64,000 nt of DNA, taken from positions 248,001 to 312,000 of the forward strand of contig CP120454.1 in NCBI GenBank assembly GCA_034226945.1, in the 5' to 3' direction. Shown here in pieces: positions 13,239 to 24,840 of this stretch (the stretch's first letter is position 1; every line of letters begins with the position of its first letter). The notes under the pieces are model-generated. The model was given only the letters and a program-made list of their open reading frames with translations. It did no database searches and was not told the origin of the DNA. Origin of the DNA: Picochlorum sp. SENEW3. Its lineage: Eukaryota. A program made the translations under genes and the position numbers.

Positions 13239-16200
13239 TTAAAATGGGCTCACAAGGTTCTTTCTTGGGCTCTGAGACTCCCCAGAGGCATCCTTAATTT
13301 TGCTGAGAATCACATGGAAATCAGGCCTGTCCTCTGGATTCCACTGGGTGCACAGGGTGACCAACTCACACAGAGTGGACATTGCCCGCTGTGATGCTTG
13401 GTCTAGTCCAGGGGGTATGGAAGGAGCTTTGAAACGCATCATTTCTGGATCAATTATCCATTGAGTTTGAATCTGGAATCCATCCATGTCACCAAATGGT
13501 CTTCTACGTTCCAGTAGCTCCCAGAGGATGACTCCAAATGAGTAGACATCTGCTTTTAGCATGAGTCCTGGATCTTGAGATTCTCCAGATTTCGGTGTTG
13601 TGGGGCTGAGTATTTCAGGTGCGCTATACGCCGCTGTGCCAATCACTCCAGGAGTGAGCGTTCTGTCAAGACCGCCGTTTGTGTAGTTGGTCCCTGATAC
13701 TGGCTGAGAGGGCTGTCTTTCCACGGCATATCTCGCCATACCAAAGTCACCAATCTTCATCACGAAACCATGTCCTATAAATATGTTTGCGGGCTTCAAA
13801 TCTCTATGGAAGATTGGCGGTAACCTTCTGTGGAGATGGTGCATTCCACGGGCAATGGATCTGGCAATAGGTAAAAGTTTTGTGGGATCAATTGTTGATG
13901 ATGCTCCCTTGTGAATAAGCATATCCAAAGTTCCACGGGGACATAATTCCATGATCAAATACGTATGTCCGACATTATGCGCGAGTCCACGTAAGTTTAC
14001 GACGTTATCATGCCAGCCTGCATGAAGGTGAATGTCAATTTCTGATTGACATGAGGCTCTCTTGACTGCAACAGGCGTTTCCTGGTACCATGCTGCATAT
14101 ACTGGACCTTCTACACCTTGTCCCAGCATTTTACCAAATGTGAGTTGAGAAAATTCAATCATCTCAACATTAATTGATGGATTCCTGGTCAAACTGCCAA
14201 TACGGTCAAGTGGTGTTGCCACCTGCGATTGACTACCATCGGTTGTCGTGCTGTCAGCATAGGCCATTCCAGCGTCAAACTTCATTTGCCATGCTTCTGA
14301 ATGAGGCGCATACTGCGATATAGTGGCATCTAAACTGTCACTTTTGTACATGGATTCGATAGCACCACCTCTTCGAAGTGGGCTTGGGGAACGCTTGTAC
14401 TGAGTGACTGGATGCTGTCCATCAGTGGAGGAGGGAGAATTGGTATTTCCAGTGTGAAGCAACCGATGGGGATCAACATTTGAAAAGCTTGATCTTCTTC
14501 CCTCGAACAAAAGATTTTCATGCCGTCTAGATACTCCAATCTTGCTTGGAGAGTCCCCAACATATGTAAAGGATCCGTGTCTGGGTGTCACGGTTCCTGA
14601 GCCAGTGTGACCTCCAGTTTTCGTCAGACCTAGTTCAATGTCATGCTGCAGCGAGTGAGCACCTGAAAGACGATTTGAAATGATTGGAGAGTGCAATGTA
14701 TCATTTCCTGTCTGTGGAGTTCCTCGCCTGCGATGTATGCCTCTGCCAGCTGATGCAATCACTGAGAAATGCTTTGCAGGGGTACCTCCTTCACCTTCAT
14801 CCAGGGACACCCTTGGCTTACATGATGACATGTATTCTGTATCATCACCGTCTCCATCCGAGGATCCTGTGCTATCTGTTTGATCACTAAATGCTTTCCT
14901 TGCTTTTGATGCTGCTGCCTGCAGTGCCTCCTTTGTCAAGAGACCTGCTGCCGACGGTCTCCAGGAGCCACTCGTCAGTCTACTTAACAATTTTGTTGGA
15001 GAATGTGGTTCTTTTTTTAGTGACTGACTCTGTTTCCGGAACATTTCTCGACCCTCGAGGCCATCTGGATTACCAAGAAGCATCACCACAAGAGTCAAAC
15101 CTCTGGCCCACTTTTCATGTGTCTCCATATCACGACACTTGAGCCGTAAATCAGGCTCCAAGGTGAACTTTAAGGTGATGGTTAGATTCTCTGTGCATGC
15201 AAGGACACTCTCCACATGCATGAGCAACACGTATTTTCTCCAGTCCCACCGCAAGGTGGATCCATCATGGGACAGTTGGAAAAACCTCCATTTACCAGCC
15301 GAGCTCACATTGAACGCTCCTAGCACCCGATTAAAGGATTTTGACGATACAATTCCATGATTCGTCTCGTTGGACGGCAGTTTCAACAACCACTCGCCAT
15401 GAATGAGCGGAAGCAGAGCTGATGGCACCTTGGCATGTCTCTGACGACCCCTGGTGGCATCCTCCCTCATTCCACCAGCTGTATCCATGGTTGTATTGTC
15501 AAATTGAGTATTTGCCTTCCATAAGTCTACTTTGTTTCCTTCATCTGGAAGCTTCCCGTACAGATCTCTGTGAAGAATTGCTAAATCGCTTCCTGACAAG
15601 AGCCTTGCATCCCACCATACAAAAGTCCTGCCAAACAGGAAAAAGACTGGAAATGCTAACAGATATGCCTGACCATGGATTTGTACTAGTGTATTACCAT
15701 AGTACACAGAAGAGAACATGTATGCCGCTGCCACAATATAACTGAAAGGATGCGAAAATTCTGCAAAGAGAGCCAGCCTGGGCTTTCCATACATGACTGC
15801 AATGCAACACACTGTCAGCCAGAGTGCTACTGCGACAACGCCGACAGTAGAAGCGACAAGTAAAGATGGAAGATATGAATCTGCTCCTGGATTGATACCA
15901 TTGATGACACCAACAATCAACAAAAGCGTCATCAATTGCACATCCAACTTTGCAAGAGCAACAAACCTATCCCTCCTCAAACTAGCTCGTCTACACCTAT
16001 CGATATTTGGTAATCGCATATCTCCTGCAATTTTCGAGTACATTCTCCAGCCAAAGCCTAAGTATGCCCATCTCGTCAGGCTCAGTGTGGCTACTTGAAG
16101 CAATGCACAGACAATGGCCACTGTGATGGATACTGTGTCCCGTCCAGCTTTCAACGAAGTCTACACACATACGGGTCATGAGCATAATATTAAAGCATCA

Positions 16201-16624
16201 TTATTGTACCATTACCCTCACCATACAATGCTTCTATAGCATAAGAACAAAATGCATCTCGTACCGAGTAGATAATAAGCTGAGCCAAGTTTAAGCCCCC
16301 ACTGGCCATGGATACCAGCAACTGATAGGCATTCTCTAGCCAAAACGCATCCAGCACAATACACAGGAACATCACCGCTGATACTAACAGCAATATCAAG
16401 TCTTGCAAGTTTCTGGAATCTTCCTTGGACAACTCGGTCACAGCAAAGGCTCCTGACACGCAGGCTTGCACAATACAAAGCCCTAAAAACAACTTGCAAG
16501 GCTTTGGCAGTGAGCCCCACAGCTGCCACACCCCGAGCCTTTGTTCTTTCCCTTCCATTTTCTGTATTTCATTAGAACGATTTTCACGATCGTCAACAAT
16601 CATGGTTGTCATTGCCTCATTCAT
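13239..16624 (-). CDS. Multi-pass membrane protein kinase: ~8 TM helices + PH-like domain + TKL (Raf-like) kinase; 2 exons, ~1093 aa
   Basis: Exon 1 is 16624-16265 (MNEAMTT...), phase-0 intron 16161-16264 (GTAC...GTAG), exon 2 is 16160-13239. Kinase motifs GQGVEG, VAVK, HRDLKPAN, DFG, GTAAYSAPE and DVYSFG. PH-like WRFFQLSHDGSTLRW...EKWARGL. Confidence 0.85.
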
Positions 16625-16938
16625 TGTACCAACTGTATGCAACCTGGTAGGTGTCACTCTACTCGCACCCTCCGACACACACAGTGTATGCGGCGCAAGA
16701 AGACCTATCCAATGGTATTGAAATACTATATAATGATATGTACACAAAAGATGGGTCACAAATTCTGGTACGCGGCTATGCCCGTCACTGTCCAACCAAC
16801 CGACCAACCGACCGGCGACTGTTGAGTCATACACAACCGCGATGTCACGAGAAGTAAAGAGAGAATCTTTTTTATGTATAAAATTGCACTGGGTTTTGCA
16901 GCGTAAAAGTCCTGTTGGCCACGTCATGCAATGATGAT

Positions 16939-16986
16939 GGCAGCTGCCTCGAGGCAGCCCTGCCAATGATCTTCAGCGCTGAAGAT
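16939..16986. repeat. Cluster of perfect palindromes upstream of the TM-PH-kinase gene
   Basis: GGCAGCTGCC 16939-16948, GCTGCCTCGAGGCAGC 16943-16958 (16 bp) and ATCTTCAGCGCTGAAGAT 16969-16986 (18 bp). Confidence 0.9.
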
Positions 16987-17113
16987 GTCTTGTTGTTGTT
17001 GGATGAGAGTCTCTCCTACCATCCCGATACTTGGGGAAATATGGAGATTTTCCATACAACGTTATGATTCAATCATTATTACATCTATATGGGAGTATAT
17101 CTATCTACATGAC

Positions 17114-17404
17114 CTAATGATGCCCTCCTTGAAGCTTGGCCTCTTGCTCGTGCTTGTAATGAGCATATTCCTGTGGCCATGCCAGAGCATATGCAAACAC
17201 AAAGCCATACCCAAGCACATCAAACAAAGGCTTCGGTGATCCACCATCGATGTACTTTGTCCTGTACCCATCGAACCATGTCGCCACGCGAGCAGACGTT
17301 TTGTTCACAGTCCAGTTTTCAGACGCAAACTTGCCAACGTATGCTGGCAGCTCCTTCACCTTGAGCCCTTTGGCACCCTGCAATAATTTCTCCACAGTTG
17401 GCAT
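17114..17404 (-). CDS. Mitochondrial ATP synthase subunit f, plant type (ATP17-like)
   Basis: 96-aa protein with KGLKVKELP...YRTKYIDGGSPKPL...AYALAWPQE..H..HEQ..GGHH, matching from memory the land-plant subunit f pattern; single TM helix. Confidence 0.8.
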   Translation of the reverse strand: MPTVEKLLQGAKGLKVKELPAYVGKFASENWTVNKTSARVATWFDGYRTKYIDGGSPKPLFDVLGYGFVFAYALAWPQEYAHYKHEQEAKLQGGHH

Positions 17405-17968
17405 TACTCTTTTTCTTCTATTTTATATAGTGATTTTGTAATCGCAATCCACGGCGATACGAGTCCTACGAGTGAGAATGACGCGAACACTACCGCGCGT
17501 ACAGGGTCGTCGTATAGCGGGGACCAAGGGAAAGAAATGCTTTGATTACCCTTCTCACGAGAGATGTAAATATATAACAATTCTAATTAATAGTAAGCCT
17601 AGTGAAACCATAGTGCGCAGAGACGATCCTGATGGGGTGGGGGATGTCGAATAGAGCATCCCATCAATCTATTCATTCGACCGATGTAGAATATCATTGT
17701 TGCGATCATTCTGTTTTGGTCTCTGAGATGGACATTCCGACATGTCACGCAAGCATTCGAGCAGTTCTTTTGTAAAATAACTGTATCTCTCTATTGCCAA
17801 AACCCAAATTTTTATACAAGATACGTACATACTGTGGGGCTTGCTAAGTTTGAGAGCAAGCGAGATACTGCAACTAGAGTTTGGTGACACAACTGCAGCA
17901 GTGTGGGACCCTTGAGAGGAACACGACTACCTATTTCTATAGCCTTGACACTTGGCTGTACGTAAATC

Positions 17969-18994
17969 ATGCTAAGGGTGGCTCGGACGCGCATCGCGAT
18001 GATGCTGGTGAGGAGAAACTATGCAGAGGGGATTTGTTGTAGTTGTGTGGATGCTCAATATGCTCGAGCGTATTCAACAGCACCCAGCGGAGTGCAGCAT
18101 GATGATGGATCCCGAGGCCCGAGTACATCAGATTCAAAAACGGTTGTTTTACTATTCGGGTGGCTGGGTGCTGCGGATCGACACTTGCTCAAGTATGTCG
18201 ATGTGTATGAGAGTTATTTGCACGAGACCAATGTTCTTGTTGTCAAACCCAGTATTGCAGAGACAAGCATGCCCAGTGTTGGGGAGAGAAATATGGTGGA
18301 ATCAATGAGGGAGAGAATACTTCCTTGGATTCGAGAAGAAAAACGGGGGAGGTCGAATGTACATATCATCATCCACTGTATGAGCAATGCAGGGTGGATT
18401 GCGGTTGGAACCATGTTTTACATGGAGCAAGAGTTGAGAAGGACCCTGGCCGACATGCATGTTCGGGATGATGCGACTGCAGTAGACGATGGAATAATGC
18501 AGGATAAAGAAGAATTAGAGCGAGATCTTCAGAGCTGGGAGGAGATGCGGACACACTTGAGAGGTATTGTGTTGGACTCGTGCCCAAGCCTTGCACTCCC
18601 AAATGTGTGGGCAAAAGGCTTGATCAGTGCAGTGACTGAGAAGAATGCGTCAGAGGTGGGGCACACATATCCCTGGATTTTATCCATGGCCAACTCCCTG
18701 TCTCGGAGGTACTTTGATTCCCCGGAGGTTTTGAAACGTTTCCGTAAAATTCGAGAGGCATGGAATGTGCACATCCCAAGGGTCCCACAGCTATACCTGT
18801 ACTCGACAGCAGACGCGCTCATACCCCATTCCCACGTGGAATCATTTGCTTCTCAGCAAAGTACGCTAGGATCTGATGTATTTACGGCCCCATGTACTGA
18901 TGCTGATCATTGCGCCATTTTGAAAAAGCATCCTTCAGACTATAGAGCCCATGTGTACTCCTTCCTCGATAAACTCATTACCCATCATGAATGA
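17969..18994 (+). CDS. DUF829/TMEM53-family alpha/beta-hydrolase-fold protein
   Basis: Motifs VLLFGWLGA..RHLLKY, HCMSNAG, VLDSCP, PQLYLYSTADALIP and a C-terminal H. Confidence 0.88.
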   Translation: MLRVARTRIAMMLVRRNYAEGICCSCVDAQYARAYSTAPSGVQHDDGSRGPSTSDSKTVVLLFGWLGAADRHLLKYVDVYESYLHETNVLVVKPSIAETSMPSVGERNMVESMRERILPWIREEKRGRSNVHIIIHCMSNAGWIAVGTMFYMEQELRRTLADMHVRDDATAVDDGIMQDKEELERDLQSWEEMRTHLRGIVLDSCPSLALPNVWAKGLISAVTEKNASEVGHTYPWILSMANSLSRRYFDSPEVLKRFRKIREAWNVHIPRVPQLYLYSTADALIPHSHVESFASQQSTLGSDVFTAPCTDADHCAILKKHPSDYRAHVYSFLDKLITHHE

Positions 18995-19003
18995 ATGAAT
19001 ACA

Positions 19004-19900
19004 TTACCATCGCCTTCTATATCGAAATGATAGATAATACAATACACCTGTAACAATACCCATGAAATTCCCAGCATGATTCAGAGGAGATGATGATGAT
19101 GAAGGATATCCATCAAGAATTCCTCCCAAATCATTCCAGACCCACAGCAGACCCAGCAGAGCCGCAGGCATGGGAATCAGACCATACAAGAGTATCGTTT
19201 GTTGCGGATACATGAGTATCGATACAATACCGATTGACTGCACGCTACCTCGTGCACCATATAACGGCGTATCCCTCCTGCCAAACCGTCGACGTGTCAA
19301 TGGAGACCCATCTGCATACAGGTGGGTTATATTTGAAGCTACTGAGCCAGCCAGATATAGACCCAACACCGTCTTCCCACCAAATAATCGCGCCACATTC
19401 GCCCCAAAAAAGTACAATGCTATCATATTCGCTGCTAGATTCCCAAACTCTGGGTGGGAGAATGCATTCGTCACAAGAGTATGTGGTCTGCTGTAGACTG
19501 AACTCCCAGTAAGCACAAAATGCCTCTGACAAAACCGTGGATTAGACTTCCATAAAAGATATACTGCACCATTGATCCCTATAATAGACCAGATCATTCC
19601 ATTCCCGTAATTATTGTATCTATCTATACGGGATATCCAACCCATCTTCGAAGATGAATTCATCATCTTGCTGCTCGAATTCCATCGCCTCTTCAAGTTG
19701 TCGCCAATCGAGCGAAAGAATGACGCATTACACCCTGATTCTATGGTATATGCTCTCGAAAACGCATGTAAAAAAGAAGAAGACGAAGCAAAGCAAGAAG
19801 AAGAAGAAGAAGAAGAACAAGAGACCCCCTGCCGTGCTACATGATTATACAAAAGGGAGAATCGAGTTGAAAAATCCCTCGCCACTCTACCGAGGCTCAT
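19004..19900 (-). CDS. Rhomboid-like membrane protein (PARL/RBL12-like), probably catalytically inactive
   Basis: Rhomboid layout (IIGINGAVYLLW, TLVTNAFSH...NM..LYFFG, LYLAG, YP...LLYGLIPMPA). Start ATG 19900 gives an R/S-rich organellar presequence. GARG replaces GASG. Confidence 0.8.
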   Translation of the reverse strand: MSLGRVARDFSTRFSLLYNHVARQGVSCSSSSSSSCFASSSSFLHAFSRAYTIESGCNASFFRSIGDNLKRRWNSSSKMMNSSSKMGWISRIDRYNNYGNGMIWSIIGINGAVYLLWKSNPRFCQRHFVLTGSSVYSRPHTLVTNAFSHPEFGNLAANMIALYFFGANVARLFGGKTVLGLYLAGSVASNITHLYADGSPLTRRRFGRRDTPLYGARGSVQSIGIVSILMYPQQTILLYGLIPMPAALLGLLWVWNDLGGILDGYPSSSSSPLNHAGNFMGIVTGVLYYLSFRYRRRW

Positions 19901-19986
19901 TGCACATACGACTAAACATGTATTTAATACATGTATTACATATAAATAGCACCTTGTGTTGATCAAGCAGGCTGAATGACATTTTA

Positions 19987-20619
19987 CTACAGACAATCCC
20001 GAGCTGCTATCCGGCACACAATGGCATCCACCAGGGACCCAATCTGCAATTCCTGATCAACTATTTTATACGCCTTGGTTATCGCCTTTTCATCACGACA
20101 CGTGTCTATATACGCATTGATATCCTCCTCCTCCTCCAAGATACACTCGTTGCTGGCAACAAGGTTGCGTAATGCATTCATGTCCTCATCAGAGGCATCA
20201 AACTTGGCAACCAACAGACATGCCGTGTCATCTTTGATACCAAATGTTCCCAAGGAAGAGCCGATATGTTTCGACCCCGACAATGAATATACTAGTTCTG
20301 AATGCAATGTTTTTGTTCTCAATGTACCACGTGCATGATGCTGCAACGCCAGTCCCGCAGCTGCTTTGACAATGAGCAGATGAGCAAGTGTGCCTGCATC
20401 AATCAATGCTGCTTCTGGTTCCAATGTTCCAGACATGAGAGACTGTCTCAGCTCACTGCATCGCACAGGAAATCCTCTCCATCATCAACACCACTCATGT
20501 ATATATGTAGACAGGAATCTATAAAAAAGGGAAGAGCACACCTACCGTGCATTGACAAGTTGAGGGACCAAAAATACTGACAACGTGTGCTCTGGGAAAG
20601 CATCAAATGTCATCATCAT
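19987..20619 (-). CDS. CGI121: KEOPS/EKC complex subunit CGI121/TPRKB; 2 exons, ~180 aa
   Basis: Motif LRTKTLHSELVYSLSGSKHIGSSLGTFGI. Exon 1 is 20619-20546, with a phase-2 intron at 20456-20545. Confidence 0.9.
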
Positions 20620-21084
20620 CACATGATGAACACTACCATTCATTTTTTTTTGTTATACCTGTTCCCACGATTGACGTTGAACCAGGTGCATAATTCGCCA
20701 TGCGTGTAGAGAACACAATCCAATATATATCGTCCTTGGACGTGGATTCCAATCAATAGAAAATTCGAATTTTTTTCTTTTTAAAAAACATACATACATG
20801 GCAGTCATGCGACACTTGATCTCATGGGCATGATCATGAGTGGTGGCCCACAACTGGTGGGACAAAGTACTTCGGGGTGGATGACTCGGTCGATTCTCAA
20901 CTGCCCATACATATGATACTGATGGGTATTAGTAGTTCATATAGTGTTTATATAGTGTATTTAATGCCTGAGAGATGTTTATGACCATGTGCCAGAGAGT
21001 TGCTTTGTAACCGACCCTCAACGACATTGGCGTGTCGCTGATAATTCACACGACGCGGGATGATTGGGTCAGAATCGTGTTGAC

Positions 21085-24000
21085 ATGAGGGATCAGAGAT
21101 ATAAAGAGGGTACTAATTATATTCAGAGCGTGGAGGAGGGGTTGGAGAATGCTCCGGATATACCTGGCTCATCCTCGTCATCTGTTGAGGTGGCCCGGTA
21201 TGGGACGGTGATGCGTGTTGATGATGATTCTTGGGATGTGCCAGAGTTTGGTAGGGTTGATGTAGATGGGAGTGGATCGACGCCTGGATGGGTTGCTCGG
21301 TACCTTGGTGAGCGGCAGGGGGGTAGTAAATTCCAGTCTGACTTTTGGAATGATTTGGATTGTGTTGCGTCTCCTGAGAATCATGATGATGTGGTGCGGT
21401 CTCCTGGTGGACGGGGGAGGCGGGGTAGTTTGGAGCCCATGAGTGCAAAAGTATGGGATGATGGTATCCCTCAGCAGCAGCAGCATGGCTCTGTGGTGAT
21501 TGCATCTGGTGATGCAGAGTCTGCGAATGTTCGACGCGACGCACATCCTATGGTACCCAAGGGTTTAGAAAAGCACTATGATTGCATTGAAGAAGAAGAA
21601 GAAGAAGAAGAAAAAGATGTTGTGAGGCAACCTGGTAGTGCGTTTGCATTCATTGGGCGGGATGAATACGGCGTGTATTATGATGATGATGATGATGACG
21701 GTGCTGGGGACCCTCCCGGATCGCATGGTCCGGATAGAAGAGAAGCTTTGAATGAAAGATATAAACGGCAGTTGAGGACGTACGAGAAGGATCATTATGG
21801 CGTTCCACTGCCATCAACAGCGAGGAGGTTTAGCTATTTTTCAAGTCCGTACAAAATTGCTGAAGTATGTACTGGATTAGGGGTGTATCTCATTAGTCTT
21901 AGAGCAGCTATTGTGTTGGCGATTATATTGTGTGTTCTTATGATTTACCCTCTCGTGGATAATGTGGCAACACAGAATTGGAGCCAAGAGTACTACTTGT
22001 ACATTGAGGTATGCATTGTTGTTGTATTGTTTATATGTGGTGTGTTGCTCATTTCTTTTAAAAAATTGGTATGCAGCCTGATGCGCCAGTATCTCAATGT
22101 GATAAAGGATATGACTCGGCAACGTGGATTATCAAAACGTCTGTTGGAGGGCATTGTGATGGAAGTGAATACACAAATCCATATGGATGTTCAAGCAAGT
22201 GTGTGTGGGACTCTCGTAAATTGAGAACGATTGAAGAATGTGTTGGTATGACGTTTGATTATCTATCATACAATATGACGGGAAAGGAACAGTGCCAAAC
22301 GCATATGCCCTGCATTCCAAGTTCAACAAACCCTGCTGCACCAGATGGACCATGCCTTTGTTGTGAGATTCAGCTATCACAGCCAACGGTGACGAATGAC
22401 ACTCATGTTGTTATTCTAGAAGACAATTATGAGCGAATACCGGCAGCACGGTTTTGGATGCTCCTCCTCTCTCAGCTTGTTTTTATGGGGTGGGTACTGG
22501 CATTGATGCACTATCAGCTCCAAATAGTTCAGGCGCATGGCAATAATGTTGTTGGACCATCTGACTTTACGGTCTGGATCAGCGACATCAGCCCTACTAG
22601 TGCGGTTGATTCATATCTGAGGAAATGGTGCCAGCAATTTGGTCCAATTATGGCGGCGTTTAATGTGCCCTCTGTTGGGGAGGCAATACGGGTAGGCCGA
22701 CAGGTTGAGGATCTTCTGATCAAGAAGGAGGAAGCGGATGCTGATCCTGGACACAAATCTTGGAATCTTTTCCTTTGGATATATAGGAAGTTCATCGTTG
22801 GGAAGTCGGAGAAACTGAAGGAGAAAGTGGAGGATCGAAAAACGAAACTCAAGATATTTGAGAAGCAGGAAGCTGTGCCTACTGGCTATGCATTGGCAAC
22901 GTTTAGGTATACTGATGCAGCTATGATGTGTTTGAATACATTTCATACCAGTCTTATTGGTAGAGTTTTTGAGATGGTCACATGTGGCCTGACGTCCACG
23001 AAACCTCTGCTTCATGGATCTGCTGTGAAAGTTGTCAGGGCCCCTGAGCCATCAGATATGATATGGGAGCACACTGAGTGTGGCCGGTATGAAGTTTGGA
23101 AAAGAAGGATCATCTCATGGACCTTTACGATATGCGTCATTATGGCAGGAGCTGGTATTCAGTATGGGCTCGCGTCACTGGCAGAAAGGTTGAGGCAAGA
23201 AAGGTATATAGCTGATATTGCTGCTGGTGATGGAGAAGAGGAGTCAGAAAGGGAAGCCGCGATCAAAACGACTCGCATAAGGATTGTTACGATTTTGACA
23301 GGTGTGATGGTCGTTGTCATCAACTTTTCGACAATGCTGACAGTTCGGTTCTTGGCATGGTATGAACGATGGACAACAAGGACATCAATGGAACGATGGG
23401 TCATGCTCAAACTGTCGTTTTCGCAATTAATAAATGCATTTGCGGCTCCAGTGATCGCAGCATATGTTTCTGGAAATAAGTCTGGGTGGTTTGTACGTGG
23501 AGGACTGATGGAAGCTGCTTTCTTCGTTCAATGCTCAAATGCATTGCTTCCTCCTCTTGTGCACTTGCTTGGCATTGGGGACAATTTCAAATTTTATGTG
23601 CTAGCTCCATTTGCAAAGACTCAGGTGTGTTCCTTTCTTGCGTATGCCGATTGTAGTTGCAAATGTCATCATCATCTTGCATTATTTGAACCTTGCAGAA
23701 AATGCTTAATCGACTGATGGCCCCACCAATTTTCCCAATGGCTGAGCAGCATGCAGCTAGTGTTGCATCAATTGGTCTGGCCATGTTCTACATGCCAGTC
23801 TTACCCATATCTCCGTATATTTCTCTGGTTGGACTCATTCTGTCCTATTTCTCTAATAAATGGATAGCCCTGCGGAGAGCAGCAGCCCCTCCCAACTTGA
23901 ATGGAATGGTGACTTCTAGTCTGAACTTTCTCCTAAGACTGTTGCCTCTTGTACAGCTCATTCTCATGAAATACTTGTACTTCAAGGTATGATACTTCTA

Positions 24001-24804
24001 CTGTTTGGTATATAAAAAAGATGTTTGTGGAGATGATGGGCCTTGCATTGTCAATCTGTGCAGGATTATTCATCTGTTACACCAGTCTTCTACACTGGAC
24101 TTGCATTTTGGATCATCTTCATGATCGCTCCAATTCGAGCGCTGTTAGGTACAGTTCAGAGATATAGACGCCCTCCTGTTGCTCTAGGATTATCGTACTC
24201 GCGTCTGTTAGGAGGGATGAGGCTTGGAGTTGGTGATGTCTACTCTCCTGTTGTTCCCAAGACGTGCTCAAGAAAATTCAAGCACCAAGTTGCAGAGACA
24301 TTTGCCCAATTGGCCCCTGCTGCATTTGACTCTATTTTGAATGGAGAAGAAATTGCTGCACAATTATCTTTGTACGGAAATAAATTCACCTTGGACCAGA
24401 TCATAGACCAAGGAGAGGCAGCACCATGGACACCATCTGCTGTCAGAAGCCCACAAGCATCATGGGAGCTACGTCGACAAGAGACCGAAGCACCTCCTTT
24501 ATCAGAACATAGAATTTCATTTACAGGAAGTATTGCAGCTGGATTTCATGAGACTCTCAATCTTTTATGGCGCCCACAGGACCCTGACCACCCAGAGGAT
24601 GTCTTCAGGCGGCATCATGCAGCAGAACCTCGAGTGCCAGTGGATCAGGATATCGAGACAGCTGAGCGCGCATATGGAGTCCATGATGATGTACCAATCA
24701 GAGCAGTATACTCAAGAGACACTCGTGACAACAATAATAATTCTGGTCATGATGACGACATTTTCAATTTCAGGCCTTTGGGTTCTGGAATCAATCGCAT
24801 ATGA
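21085..24804 (+). CDS. CSC1/OSCA/TMEM63-TMC-like polytopic channel protein; 4 exons, ~1166 aa
   Basis: Phase-0 introns 22009-22076, 23625-23698 and 23987-24063. Cytosolic domain SDFTVWISDI...TGYALATF...RAPEPSDMIWEH followed by multiple TM helices, E..TTRTS and MPVLP. Confidence 0.75.
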
Positions 24805-24840
24805 TAATGTCTTATTTATTCCTTTCGAACAAATCAAATT

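Noticed and set aside
16625..16966. N-terminal 114 codons of the 16190-16966 ORF
   Set aside because: Non-ATG start, non-protein-like composition, and overlap with the palindrome cluster. More likely promoter or UTR.
17900..17912. GTCCCACACTG (minus strand) resembling the plant snRNA USE element
   Set aside because: Partial match only, with no correctly spaced TATA box or recognisable snRNA downstream.
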